From NCBI GenBank assembly GCA_035649275.1, contig DASRJW010000049.1, positions 3,018 to 67,017 on the forward strand: a stretch of DNA of 64,000 bases, read 5' to 3'. The notes beneath the pieces are model-generated. The model had not been told where the DNA came from. It ran no database searches and saw only the letters and a program-made list of their open reading frames with translations. Source of the stretch: Candidatus Krumholzibacteriia bacterium. Its GTDB lineage: Bacteria > Krumholzibacteriota > Krumholzibacteriia > G020349025. Of this stretch, positions 8,822 through 18,397 are shown piece by piece. The position numbers and the translations under genes were made by a program. Numbering within the stretch: position 1 is the stretch's first letter; the number at the start of each line of letters is the position of its first letter.

Positions 8822-11650
8822 GTGCAGCCCATCACCATCCGCGGCGCCCGACAGCACAACCTCAAGAACATCGAGGTGCGCTTGCCGCGCCGCCGGCTGG
8901 TGGTGGTGAGCGGTGTGAGCGGCTCCGGGAAGAGCTCCCTCGTCTTCGACACGCTCTATGCCGAAGGGCAGCGGCGTTACGTCGAATCGCTTTCGACCTA
9001 CACCAAGCAATTCCTCGAGCGCATGCAGCGTCCCGAGGTGGACGAGGTATCCGGCATCAGCCCGGCGATCGCCATCCGCCAGCAGAACCACGTCAAGTCG
9101 GCGCGTAGCACCGTGGGCACGGCCACCGAGGTGTACGACTACCTGCGCCTGCTCTTCGCGCGCGTCGGCCAGGTGCACTGCCCGCAATGCGGCGAAGCCT
9201 CGGCGGCGCTCTCACCTTCCGCCGGGGCTCAGCTGCTGCTGGCGCGCTTTCCTGCCGGTGCCCGTCTCGTCGTCCTCTTCGCTCTGCCGCGCACGGCAGG
9301 TTCGGCGTGGACCGAGGTGCTGGAGCCGTTGCGCGGCGCCGGTTTCGCCCGGCTCTGGGTGGACGGAGCCAGCGTGGATCTGGAACCGCCACCCTCTCTG
9401 CCCGCCGCGCTCGAGAGCGTCGAGGTGGTGGTGGACCGCATCGTGGCGCGGCCCGAATCCCGGGCGCGGCTGGCGGAGGCGCTGGAGACGGCATACCGCG
9501 CCGGCAACGGCGCGGCGAGCGTCGTCGAGGCCGAGAGCGGCGAGCGCCAGCGACTCGACCAGCGCGGCTCCTGTGTGCGCTGCCGCCTCGATCTGCCCCG
9601 GCCATCGCCGGGAATGTTCTCCTTCAACAGTCCCCTCGGCGCCTGCCCCGACTGCCGTGGCTTCGGCAACCGCCTCGAGTTCGACGAGCGGCTCATCGTG
9701 CCCGAGCCCGAGCGCACTCTGGCCGACGGCGCCATCGCCCCCTGGGGAACGGGGAAGTTCGAGTACTACGCCCGGCGGTTGGAAGAGTTCTGCCGGCGCC
9801 AGCGGATTCCCTGGCAGACGCCATGGTGCGAGCTGCCCCGACCGACCCAGAAGGCGATCCTCGAGGGCACCCAGGGTTTCAAAGGCGTCATTCCGTTCCT
9901 GGAGGGGCTGCGGGCCAAGGGTTACAAGAAGTACGCGCGTTTCTTCACCCGCCGTTTCATGGAGGAGAGCACCTGCCGCAGCTGCGCCGGCGGGCGACTG
10001 CAGCGCCAGGCGCTCTGCGTCCGCGTCGGCGGCCTCGACATCGCGGCTCTCTCGCGCCTCACTCTGGAAGCGCTGCGCGCCTGGGTGGACGAGCTCGCCT
10101 TGCAGGGTGAAGCGGAGCAGGTGGCTGCCGACATCGTCGCCGAGCTGCGCGCCCGCCTGGACTTTCTCTGCGCCGTCGGCGTCGAGTACCTCACCCTCGA
10201 CCGGCTGACACGCACGCTCTCCGGCGGCGAGGCGCAGCGCATCAACCTGGCGAGCGCCTTGGGGTCGAACCTCGTGGATGCACTCTACATCCTGGACGAG
10301 CCCACGGTGGGCATGCACGCCCGGGACACGGAACGCTTGGTGCGCACCTTGGAGCGCCTGCGCGATCTCGGCAACACCGTGGTGGTGGTGGAACACGATC
10401 CCGACGTCATCGCCGCGGCCGACTACTTCGTCGATCTTGGACCGGGGGCGGGAGTGCACGGCGGCGAGGTCGTCTTCGCCGGGGCGCTGGCGGGACTGCG
10501 CACTCCCGACGGCGCCGGACTGGTGGCGGAGAGCGGCAGCGTGGCGGCGTCGCGCACCCTCGCCTACCTGACCGGGGCCGCCGAGATCCAGCCGCGCCCG
10601 CGGCGCCGGCAACCCGGGTCGCGCTGGCTCGAGCTCGGCAACGCGCGGCTGCACAACTTGAAGGGTGTGGACGTGCGCATTCCCGTCGGGCTCTTCGTCA
10701 CCGTGAGCGGCGTCAGCGGCTCGGGCAAGAGCACCTTGGTCACCGAAGTGCTGCATCGCGCCCTCACCGGACAGGTGCCGCCGAGCCGCGGCGCTACGGG
10801 CTGGTACGACTCGCTGCGCGGCGCTCATCTGGTGCACGACGTCGTGCTCGTGGACGCGGCTCCGATCGGGCGCACCCCGCGCTCCAATCCGCTCTCCTAC
10901 ATGAAGGGCACCGCCGACGTGCGCAGCCTCTTCGCCGCCACCAGCGCCGCGCGTCTCGCCCGTTTCGGCCCTGGGCACTTCAGCTTCAACACCCAGGGCG
11001 GCCGCTGCGAGCACTGCGAGGGCATGGGATCGGTGCAGATCGAGATGCATTTCATGGCCGATCTGTTCGTCCCCTGCGAGCACTGTGAGGGCAAGCGCTT
11101 CAAGCCCGAGGTCCTGGCGGTGGAGTACCGCGGGCGCAACATCGCCGAGGTCTTGGAGATGACGGTGGACGAGGCCATGACCTTCTTCCACGAGTCGCCG
11201 GGGTTGGGGCAGAAACTGCACCTGCTCAAGCGCGCCGGCCTGGGGTATCTCCGGCTCGGCCAGGCGGCGCCGACGCTCTCGGGCGGCGAGTCGCAGCGCC
11301 TCAAGATCGCCCGGGCTTTGGCGGCGACGCGGGAGGGGAACATGCTCTACCTCCTCGACGAGCCCACCACGGGGTTGCATCTCGACGACGTCTCGCGCTT
11401 GCTGCGCATCTTGCACGAATTGGTGGAACGGGGTCACACGCTGGTGCTGGTAGAGCACCATCTGGACGTGGTCGCCGCCTCGGACTGGGTGATCGACCTC
11501 GGACCGGAAGCCGGTGCGGGTGGCGGCGAGATCGTCTACGCCGGGCCGCCGGAAGGCTTGCTGGAAGTGCCGCGCTCCTGGACCGGCCGCTGTTTGCGGC
11601 GTCACCTGGAAGCGGGCGGACGCACGGCGCCGACGGCGGCAACGGGGTAA
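8822..11650 (+). CDS. uvrA: Excinuclease ABC subunit A (UvrA family)
   Basis: 942 aa. IRGARQHNLKNI. Two Walker A motifs (GVSGSGKSSL and GVSGSGKSTL). Two ABC signatures (LSGGEAQR and LSGGESQR). Zn modules (CPQC, CPDCRGFG, CEHCEGMG...CEHCEGKRF). Confidence 0.9.
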   Translation: MQPITIRGARQHNLKNIEVRLPRRRLVVVSGVSGSGKSSLVFDTLYAEGQRRYVESLSTYTKQFLERMQRPEVDEVSGISPAIAIRQQNHVKSARSTVGTATEVYDYLRLLFARVGQVHCPQCGEASAALSPSAGAQLLLARFPAGARLVVLFALPRTAGSAWTEVLEPLRGAGFARLWVDGASVDLEPPPSLPAALESVEVVVDRIVARPESRARLAEALETAYRAGNGAASVVEAESGERQRLDQRGSCVRCRLDLPRPSPGMFSFNSPLGACPDCRGFGNRLEFDERLIVPEPERTLADGAIAPWGTGKFEYYARRLEEFCRRQRIPWQTPWCELPRPTQKAILEGTQGFKGVIPFLEGLRAKGYKKYARFFTRRFMEESTCRSCAGGRLQRQALCVRVGGLDIAALSRLTLEALRAWVDELALQGEAEQVAADIVAELRARLDFLCAVGVEYLTLDRLTRTLSGGEAQRINLASALGSNLVDALYILDEPTVGMHARDTERLVRTLERLRDLGNTVVVVEHDPDVIAAADYFVDLGPGAGVHGGEVVFAGALAGLRTPDGAGLVAESGSVAASRTLAYLTGAAEIQPRPRRRQPGSRWLELGNARLHNLKGVDVRIPVGLFVTVSGVSGSGKSTLVTEVLHRALTGQVPPSRGATGWYDSLRGAHLVHDVVLVDAAPIGRTPRSNPLSYMKGTADVRSLFAATSAARLARFGPGHFSFNTQGGRCEHCEGMGSVQIEMHFMADLFVPCEHCEGKRFKPEVLAVEYRGRNIAEVLEMTVDEAMTFFHESPGLGQKLHLLKRAGLGYLRLGQAAPTLSGGESQRLKIARALAATREGNMLYLLDEPTTGLHLDDVSRLLRILHELVERGHTLVLVEHHLDVVAASDWVIDLGPEAGAGGGEIVYAGPPEGLLEVPRSWTGRCLRRHLEAGGRTAPTAATG

Positions 11651-11720
11651 TCGGGCCGTCGCGAGCCCAGAGCCGCGACGCGGCGCCGTGGGAAGAGCGG
11701 CGGCGCGGAGGAGGACGCCG

Positions 11721-13994
11721 GTGGAAGGCATCGCCGCGGAGGTCTCCCGCAGCCTGGCGCGCTGCGTCCACGAGCTCGCCGCCGAGCGCGAACCGATCCG
11801 GCTCGTGCGCCGCAGCTGGGAGCTCTTGCGCCGCGAGCTCGGCGCCGTCTGGGCGGTGGCAGAGGGCAACGGCGAGGGCCCGCTCGGCGGCCTGCGCCTC
11901 ACCCACGCCACCACCGATGCCGAGGCCCTACCGGCCCGCCTGGGACTGCCCGAGGCGCCGCCCGCCGAGCGGCTCTGGTGCGGTGGCAGCGACGGCGCTC
12001 TCGGTCTGGCGTTGTGGTTGCCCCGGCACACGCGCATCGTTCTCGGCTTCGGATTGGAGGACGAAGCCGGTGCTGCCGCCGGCCGCGCCCTCCTGGAGGA
12101 GATCGGCCGCTACCTGCAGACGCGTCTCGAGGACGCCCTCGAGCTGCAGCGTTCGCGCCTGGCTTCGGCGGCGCTGGAGCGGCGCATCTCCGACCTGTCG
12201 TTGCTGTTCAAGGGGCTCGACGTCACGCTCCGCTCGATGGAACTCACCCAGGTGCTGCGCGCCTTCATGGCCTGCGTCACCTCCGGCGAGGCCATCGGCT
12301 TCAATCGCGCCTTCCTGCTCCTCCTCGACGAGGAACAGCGGGAGCTGCGCGGCACCGTGGCCGTGGGGCCCTCCTCCGGCGACGAAGCGCTGCGCATCTG
12401 GGCGAGCCTGGAACGCCTCAGCCTGGAGGACGTGCTGCGCCGGGCCGTGGAGGAGTTGCATCAGGAGCCGGCGCCGGGCTCGCTGGCGGCCCGCATCCGC
12501 GAATTCTCCGTGCCCCTGGAGCCGGAGGGCAGTCTCCTCGTGCGTGCCGTCCTCTCGCCGGAGCCGTACAACATCCACTTCTTCCGCGGCGAGCGACCGG
12601 AACCGTTCGCCGACGCTTTCGGCGCCAACGACTTCGTGGTCATCCCCATCCTCGGACGCGAACGCGCCCTCGGCGTCATCGTGGCGGACAACCTCTACAG
12701 CAATGCCCCCATCGAGAGCGATCGGGTCTACCTGCTCTCGGGACTGGCGAACCATGTGGGTGTGGTCATCGAGAACGCCCTCATGTTCGAGGACGTGAGC
12801 CGGCGCTACGCCGAGCTGAACGAAGTGCAAGCCATCAATCGCGCCCTGCTCTCCAGCATCGACCGGGTCGAAGTGCTGCGCCGCATCGCGCAGATCAGCG
12901 CTTCCGTCCTGCACGCCGAAGGGGCGCTCCTCTACATCGTCCGGGGTGCCGGCGCCGAACCGCGCCTGGAGATGCAGTACCACCTGAGCGGTGCGGCCTT
13001 GCCCGACGAGGTCACCGCCCGCTGCGGCGAGATCGCCCGCGAGACCCTCCGCCTCGGCCCCGGGGCGCGCCAGTCCCCTCTGGAAGGTCTGGCGGGGCCG
13101 GCCGCTCTGGTGAGCGCGCCCATGAGCATCGACAAGGAGATGGTCGGCGTGCTCATGGTCTACCGCACCGCGGCCGAGGCGGGACGCAACCACTTCGACC
13201 GCCACAGCCGGCGTTTCCTTTCCATCATCGCCGACCAGGCGGCGATCGCCGTGCTCTCGGGCCGCAGAGTGCAGACGATCCAGGACGACCAGAGCCGCAT
13301 CGAGGTACTGAACGACCTGCTGCATCGCAACGAAAAGCTCGCCGCCCTCGGCCAGGCGTCGTCGAAGATCGCCCACGAGATCCGCAATCCGCTCACAGCG
13401 CTGGGCGGCTTCGCCCGCCGCATGCTGCGGAGTGACAGCCTGGGGGCGGACGAGCGCGAGGCCGCCGAGGTCATCGCCCAGGAGACCTCGAGGCTGGAGC
13501 GGATCCTCAACGACCAGCTCGCCTTCGTGCGCAGCGCCCGGCTGCAGCGCGGACCGACGGCGCTCAACGAGGTCATCCACGAGAGCATCATGCTGCTGCG
13601 CCAGCAGCTCCGCGCCGGGCGCGGCGAGCTGGAGCTCGTCCTCGATCCGGACCTGCCGCGGGCCCATCTCGACGGCGATCGCATGAAGCAGGTGCTGGTG
13701 AACCTGCTGATGAACGCCATCGTCGCCGTGCCCAGCGGCGGGCGCATCCGCGTCGTCACCCGCACGCAAGGAGACAGCGTGGAGCTCGAGGTGGCGAACA
13801 CGGGCGACCCCATTCCCGCTTCGATCCGCGAACTCCTCTTCGTGCCTTTCATGACCACGCGGCAGGAAGGCACGGGCCTGGGGCTCGCCGTGGTGCACCA
13901 GATCGTCATGGAGCACGGTGGTTCCATCGAAGTGCTCTCCGAGCCGCCTTGGGGCACGCTCTTCCGCCTCCGCTTTCCGCGCCACACTCCGTAG
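11721..13994 (+). CDS. GAF-domain sensor histidine kinase
   Basis: ORF 11514..13994 overlaps uvrA, so GTG at 11721 is the likely start. Two GAF-like regions. H-box SSKIAHEIRNPLTAL, N-box VLVNLLMNAI, G-boxes ANTGDPI and GTGLGLAV. Confidence 0.8.
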   Translation: MEGIAAEVSRSLARCVHELAAEREPIRLVRRSWELLRRELGAVWAVAEGNGEGPLGGLRLTHATTDAEALPARLGLPEAPPAERLWCGGSDGALGLALWLPRHTRIVLGFGLEDEAGAAAGRALLEEIGRYLQTRLEDALELQRSRLASAALERRISDLSLLFKGLDVTLRSMELTQVLRAFMACVTSGEAIGFNRAFLLLLDEEQRELRGTVAVGPSSGDEALRIWASLERLSLEDVLRRAVEELHQEPAPGSLAARIREFSVPLEPEGSLLVRAVLSPEPYNIHFFRGERPEPFADAFGANDFVVIPILGRERALGVIVADNLYSNAPIESDRVYLLSGLANHVGVVIENALMFEDVSRRYAELNEVQAINRALLSSIDRVEVLRRIAQISASVLHAEGALLYIVRGAGAEPRLEMQYHLSGAALPDEVTARCGEIARETLRLGPGARQSPLEGLAGPAALVSAPMSIDKEMVGVLMVYRTAAEAGRNHFDRHSRRFLSIIADQAAIAVLSGRRVQTIQDDQSRIEVLNDLLHRNEKLAALGQASSKIAHEIRNPLTALGGFARRMLRSDSLGADEREAAEVIAQETSRLERILNDQLAFVRSARLQRGPTALNEVIHESIMLLRQQLRAGRGELELVLDPDLPRAHLDGDRMKQVLVNLLMNAIVAVPSGGRIRVVTRTQGDSVELEVANTGDPIPASIRELLFVPFMTTRQEGTGLGLAVVHQIVMEHGGSIEVLSEPPWGTLFRLRFPRHTP

Positions 13995-14136
13995 CCGCTG
14001 GCGCTCCTCGCCACCCTTTCCAGCCAAGGCCTGCGGCAAGCTCCATGCATGCAGCGCCGCCTCGGTGCGACGACGGCAACGTCGTGGCTGGCTTGGCGCT
14101 TGCTGCGCCGCCCAAGGGATCGAGCCGCTGGAGGCC

Positions 14137-15288
14137 GTGTTGGAGCGTTGGGTGGATTTGGCCATGGTCGCGCACGAACTGGGCGGGGCCCTGGCGCCGA
14201 CGCGTAGCGCCGTGCAGCTCCTCGGCGGCAGCGCCGGACTCCATCCCGAACAGGAACGCCTCTTGAGTATCGCCGGCCGCGGCCTGGAGCGCGCGGAACG
14301 GGTGCTGCTCAATCTCTCCAGCATCGCGCTCCTGGAAGAAGCGGAGCTGCGGCTGGAACCGGTGGATCTCGCCCTCGTCTTGCGCCGCCTGGTGGACGAG
14401 CAGCGCGCCGAAGCGCAGGCCCGGGGCTTGGGCCTGCGTCTCGAGGTGGAGCCAGGCTTGGCGGCGATCCCGCTGGCGCCCTTCGCCTTCGAACAGGTGC
14501 TGGTGAACTTGCTGTCGAATGCCCTCAAGTTCACCCCCGCCGAGGGCGAGGTGCGAGTGACCGCTTTGCCGGCCCAGGGGGCGGTGTTGCCGGGGCGGAT
14601 GCTGTTGCTCGCCGGCGGCTTCGGTTTCAAGCCCATCTTCGTCAAGCTGCGCGTCTCCGACACCGGCGTCGGCCTCGGCGAGGAAACGCGACGCCGGCTC
14701 TTCCAGCCGTTCAGTCGCGGCAGCGAAGCGACAGGAGTTCCGGGCATGGGCCTCGGTCTCGCGGTGTCCCAGCGTCTGGCCCGGCGCATGGGCGGCGATC
14801 TGCGCGCCGAAACGCCGGCGCGCGGCGCCAGCTTCGTCGTCACCTTGCCGGCGGATCTCCGCACCTCTGGGCTGGTGCAACGGATGGACGCGCTGGTGGC
14901 AGCGCTCGCCGCGGCGCTCGCGGCGGCTCCCTGCAGCGTCGCCATCGTGCGCCAGGACCTCGGCCGTGTGACCTCGGGGCCGGCGCTGGAAGAAGGCCTC
15001 CGCCGCCGGCTGGGACATCCGGCCTGCCGGGTCGTGGAGCTCTCGGCCACCACCCTCGTGCTCTGGTCGGCGGCGCCGGTGCGCGCCCTCGCCCCGGCTC
15101 TCGCCGCGGCGTTGCGGCAACAGGTGCCGCCGGCAGCGGCGGCGCGGCTGCGCCTGGCACTGCGGCGCTTGCCGCAAGGGGCGGCGGCGGATCCGGTGCT
15201 GCTGCAGGCGGCGGTGCGCTGCCGCCACGGGCTCACGGCGCTGCCACGCCGCGGGGAGGTGCTGCATGGCCCGCATCCTCGTCGTTGA
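14137..15288 (+). CDS. Histidine kinase core without a recognisable sensor domain, plus a ~130-aa C-terminal extension of unknown function
   Basis: ORF 13918..15288. H-box MVAHELGGALAP, N-box VLVNLLSNALKFT, DTGVGL, GMGLGLAVSQRLA. The start is uncertain (GTG at 14137 or GTG at 14065). The 3' end overlaps the next gene by 23 nt. Confidence 0.7.
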   Translation: MLERWVDLAMVAHELGGALAPTRSAVQLLGGSAGLHPEQERLLSIAGRGLERAERVLLNLSSIALLEEAELRLEPVDLALVLRRLVDEQRAEAQARGLGLRLEVEPGLAAIPLAPFAFEQVLVNLLSNALKFTPAEGEVRVTALPAQGAVLPGRMLLLAGGFGFKPIFVKLRVSDTGVGLGEETRRRLFQPFSRGSEATGVPGMGLGLAVSQRLARRMGGDLRAETPARGASFVVTLPADLRTSGLVQRMDALVAALAAALAAAPCSVAIVRQDLGRVTSGPALEEGLRRRLGHPACRVVELSATTLVLWSAAPVRALAPALAAALRQQVPPAAAARLRLALRRLPQGAAADPVLLQAAVRCRHGLTALPRRGEVLHGPHPRR

Positions 15289-15667
15289 CGACGACGGCGA
15301 CATCCTCGAAACGCTGCGCTTCGCTTTCGAGCAGGAAGGACACGCGGTGCAGGTGGAAGCCGACGGTCTCGCCGCCCTCCAACGGGCGCGGCAGCAACCC
15401 CCGGATCTGGCCCTGCTCGACGTCATGCTGCCCGGTCTGAACGGCTACGAAGTGTCGCGGCGCTTGAAAGCAGAGATGCGCCGCGGGGCGCTGCCGCGCT
15501 TCCCGATCCTCATGCTCACCGCCCGGCGAGTCGCTGCCGGCGAGCGTCAGCAGTTCCTGGCTTCCTGGTCCCAGGCCGACCTGACCCTGTGGAAGCCCTA
15601 CGACCTGGGCTTCCTCCTCTTCCAGGTGCGTGAGGCACTCGCCGCCACCTCCGGAGCCGTCTCATGA
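15266..15667 (+). CDS. Single-domain response regulator (REC/CheY-like)
   Basis: ILVVDDDGD, phospho-acceptor context DLALLDVMLPGLNG, MLTAR, WKPYD. 133 aa. Confidence 0.85.
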   Translation: MARILVVDDDGDILETLRFAFEQEGHAVQVEADGLAALQRARQQPPDLALLDVMLPGLNGYEVSRRLKAEMRRGALPRFPILMLTARRVAAGERQQFLASWSQADLTLWKPYDLGFLLFQVREALAATSGAVS

Positions 15668-16656
15668 GCCGCATCCTCATCGTCGACGACGACCAGGACA
15701 TCGCCCGCATCCTGCGCTTCCGGCTGCAGAAGAAGGGCTTCGAGTGCGTCCTCGCCGCCAACGGCCTGGAGGCGTTGGAGAAGATCGACACCCATCATCC
15801 CGATCTGGTGCTGCTGGACGTGATGATGCCGAAGATGGACGGCTTCACCGCCTGTCGCGAGATCCGCAAGCGCAACGCCTGGTGCCGCATCCCGGTCATC
15901 ATGCTGACCGCAAAGGGGGACATCGCCGACAAGGTGAGCGGCATCAGCGAGGGTGCCGACGACTACATCGTCAAGCCCTTCGAGTTCGAGGAGCTCCTGG
16001 CCCGGGTGCACATGATCCTGCGCCGCACCCAGGAGACGATGAGCGCCAACCCGCTCACCGGCCTGCCGGGCAACAACGTCATCTCCAAGAAGATCGAAGC
16101 GGTCCTTGCAGCCGGCACGCCCTTCGCCGCCTGCTACGCCGACCTGGACCACTTCAAGGCGTACAACGACGAATACGGCTTCGAGGCCGGCGACAAGGTC
16201 ATCAAGTTCCTGGCGGAGATCCTGGTGCGCACCACCCAGGAGCACTCGAAGAGCTCCTTCGTCGGCCACATCGGCGGCGACGACTTCCTCTTCCTCGTGG
16301 ACCTCGACACTTTCGAGACCTGCTGCGCCACGGTGATCGAGCGCTTCGACACCGGCATCGGCCGCTTCTATCGCGACGAGCACCTGCGCTCGGGCTACCT
16401 GGAGAGCATCAACCGCCAAGGACAGCGCGTACGCTTCCCCCTCATGAGCGTCTCCATCGGCGTGGTCACCAACGGACAGCGCGTGGTCGGCGATGCCATG
16501 CAGGTGTCGAACCGAGCAGCGGAAATGAAGAAGTACGCCAAGGGTCAAGCCGGCAGCTGTTACCGCGTGGACCGGCGCACCGTAGGCGCCGGCCCGGCGG
16601 AGGAAACCGGCAGCGAGCAGGGTGGTGAGGCCGCCAAGGACGCCAGCAACCGCTGA
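15664..16656 (+). CDS. Response regulator with a GGDEF-type nucleotide cyclase domain (GGDDF variant)
   Basis: REC motifs ILIVDDDQD, DLVLLDVMMPKMDG, MLTAKG, VKPF. GGDEF-like domain LTGLPGN...YADLDHFKAYNDEYGFEAGDKVI...GHIGGDDFLF. ATGA overlap with the upstream REC gene. Confidence 0.8.
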   Translation: MSRILIVDDDQDIARILRFRLQKKGFECVLAANGLEALEKIDTHHPDLVLLDVMMPKMDGFTACREIRKRNAWCRIPVIMLTAKGDIADKVSGISEGADDYIVKPFEFEELLARVHMILRRTQETMSANPLTGLPGNNVISKKIEAVLAAGTPFAACYADLDHFKAYNDEYGFEAGDKVIKFLAEILVRTTQEHSKSSFVGHIGGDDFLFLVDLDTFETCCATVIERFDTGIGRFYRDEHLRSGYLESINRQGQRVRFPLMSVSIGVVTNGQRVVGDAMQVSNRAAEMKKYAKGQAGSCYRVDRRTVGAGPAEETGSEQGGEAAKDASNR

Positions 16657-16705
16657 TGCCGCCGCCATGGCCGGCACACTGCCGGCAACGCCGCGGCTGC
16701 GGACG

Positions 16706-16734
16706 TTGACACCCTCGGGGGGCCCTCCTATACT
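16706..16734 (+). promoter_or_regulatory. Near-consensus sigma-70 promoter driving tRNA-Phe and tRNA-Thr
   Basis: TTGACA (16706-16711), 17-nt spacer, TATACT (16729-16734). The tRNA 5' end lies 12 nt downstream of the -10 element. Confidence 0.7.
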
Positions 16735-16746
16735 GCCCTGCTCGAT

Positions 16747-16822
<76 letters not shown>

Positions 16823-16871
16823 GGCTTCCTCCGCGCACGAGACCGCCGGTCTCGTCCACGTCGGTTCCCGG

Positions 16872-16948
16872 AGCTGGTGTAGCTCAGCTGGTAGAGCAAC
16901 GCACTCGTAATGCGTAGGTCCGCGGTTCGATTCCGCGCACCAGCTCCA
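16872..16948 (+). tRNA. tRNA-Thr (anticodon CGT)
   Basis: Acceptor GCTGGTG/CACCAGC, anticodon stem ACGCA/TGCGT with loop CTCGTAA, T arm CGCGG-TTCGATT-CCGCG, encoded CCA. Confidence 0.9.
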
Positions 16949-16991
16949 GCACTTCCCCCCGCCGCGACCCTCCCCCGAGGAAAGGCGCGCC

Positions 16992-18371
16992 ATGCAGCCC
17001 CCGTCTCCAGTCCTGATGACCAGCGTTTCCGGCATCCGGGGGATCGTCGGGGCCGGCCTCGACGCCGAAGTGGCCTGCCGCATGGCGGCCGCTTTCGGCA
17101 CCTGGGCGCCGTCTGGAGCCGTGGTGGTCGGTCGCGACTCGCGCCTCACCGGCCCGATGCTGCTGCATGCGGTGGCCGCCGGGCTCCTCTCCACCGGGCA
17201 CGACGTCATCGATCTCGGCGTCGCCACCACGCCGACGACGGAGATCATGGTCACCACCCACGGGGCGGCGGGCGGCATCATTCTCACCGCCAGCCACAAT
17301 CCGGAACCGTGGAACGCGCTCAAGCTGCTCGATCGGGAAGGACTCTTCCTGAGCGCCGAGGCCGGGTCCACGGTGCTCGAGCTGGCGCGGACGGGAAAGG
17401 CCCGGCACCGGACCTGGGAAGAGATGGGGGCGCTGCGCGAGGATGGCGCCGCTGCGGAAGTGCACATCCGCTCCATCCTGGAAATGCCTTGGTTGGATCG
17501 CGCCCGCATCGGGGCGCGGGAACTCCACGTCGTCATCGACTGCTGCAATGGCGCCGGCGGCGTCGTGGCTCCGGAGCTGCTGCGCCGTCTCGGCGCCCGC
17601 GTCACCGAGCTCTACTGCGAGCCCACGGGACGTTTCGGCCGGCGTCCCGAACCGACGCCGGCGCACCTGCAGGAGCTGGGGGAGAGAGTGCGCGCCGAAG
17701 AGGCCGACCTCGGCTTCGCCACCGATCCCGACGCCGACCGGCTTAGCGTCGTGACCCACGCCGGCGTTGCGCTCCTCGAGGAGTATACTCTGGTGCTGGC
17801 CGCGGACCATTACCTGCGACACCGCCGCGGCCCCGTGGTGGTGAATCTCAGTACGACCCGTGCCATGGACGACCTCTGTGCCCGGCATGGCGTGCCCTTG
17901 CACCGCACGCCGGTGGGCGAAGCCAACGTGGTGGCCCAGATGCGCCGCGTCGGCGCCGTCATCGGCGGCGAAGGCAACGGCGGCGTCATCCTGCCGGAGC
18001 TGCACCCCGGTCGCGACGCGCTGGTGGGGATGGCGTTGATCCTGCAGTCCCTGGCGGAGACCGGGAGCTCGCTGCAGGAACTGCACGCGGCCTTGCCGCA
18101 CTATCACATGGTGAAGCGCAGCCTGGAGCTTGCCCGCCCGCTCCAGGATGGGGACATCGTCGAGCTGGCGCGCCGGGAGTTCGGCGGCGCCTTGGACACG
18201 CGAGACGGGGTCAAGGTGCAGCTCCCCGAGGGCTGGCTGCACCTGCGCCGCTCGAACACCGAACCCATCGTCCGCGCCATCGCCGAGAGCGAGGACGCGG
18301 ACCAGGCGGAGACGCTGGTGCAGCGGGCGCTGCGCCAGCTCGGTCAGCACGCACACCTGCGAGGCGCCTGA
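16992..18371 (+). CDS. Phosphohexomutase (phosphoglucosamine mutase / phosphomannomutase family)
   Basis: SVSGIRGIVG at the N-terminus, active-site TASHNPEPWN, metal-binding FATDPDADR, sugar-binding GGEGNGG. Sits immediately upstream of glmS, which is consistent with a GlmM-like role. Confidence 0.8.
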   Translation: MQPPSPVLMTSVSGIRGIVGAGLDAEVACRMAAAFGTWAPSGAVVVGRDSRLTGPMLLHAVAAGLLSTGHDVIDLGVATTPTTEIMVTTHGAAGGIILTASHNPEPWNALKLLDREGLFLSAEAGSTVLELARTGKARHRTWEEMGALREDGAAAEVHIRSILEMPWLDRARIGARELHVVIDCCNGAGGVVAPELLRRLGARVTELYCEPTGRFGRRPEPTPAHLQELGERVRAEEADLGFATDPDADRLSVVTHAGVALLEEYTLVLAADHYLRHRRGPVVVNLSTTRAMDDLCARHGVPLHRTPVGEANVVAQMRRVGAVIGGEGNGGVILPELHPGRDALVGMALILQSLAETGSSLQELHAALPHYHMVKRSLELARPLQDGDIVELARREFGGALDTRDGVKVQLPEGWLHLRRSNTEPIVRAIAESEDADQAETLVQRALRQLGQHAHLRGA

Positions 18372-18397
18372 CCCTCGCACGCAAAGGGATGCCGGCC

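Noticed and set aside
9212-15236. 941-aa (9212..12037) and 1102-aa (11928..15236) ORFs on the - strand
   Set aside because: They are antisense shadows of uvrA and the two histidine-kinase genes, with no motifs and strongly biased composition.
18372-18397. Possible glmS ribozyme or riboswitch upstream of glmS
   Set aside because: The gap between the mutase stop and the glmS start is only 26 nt, which is too short for the ~170-nt ribozyme, and none of its conserved core is visible.
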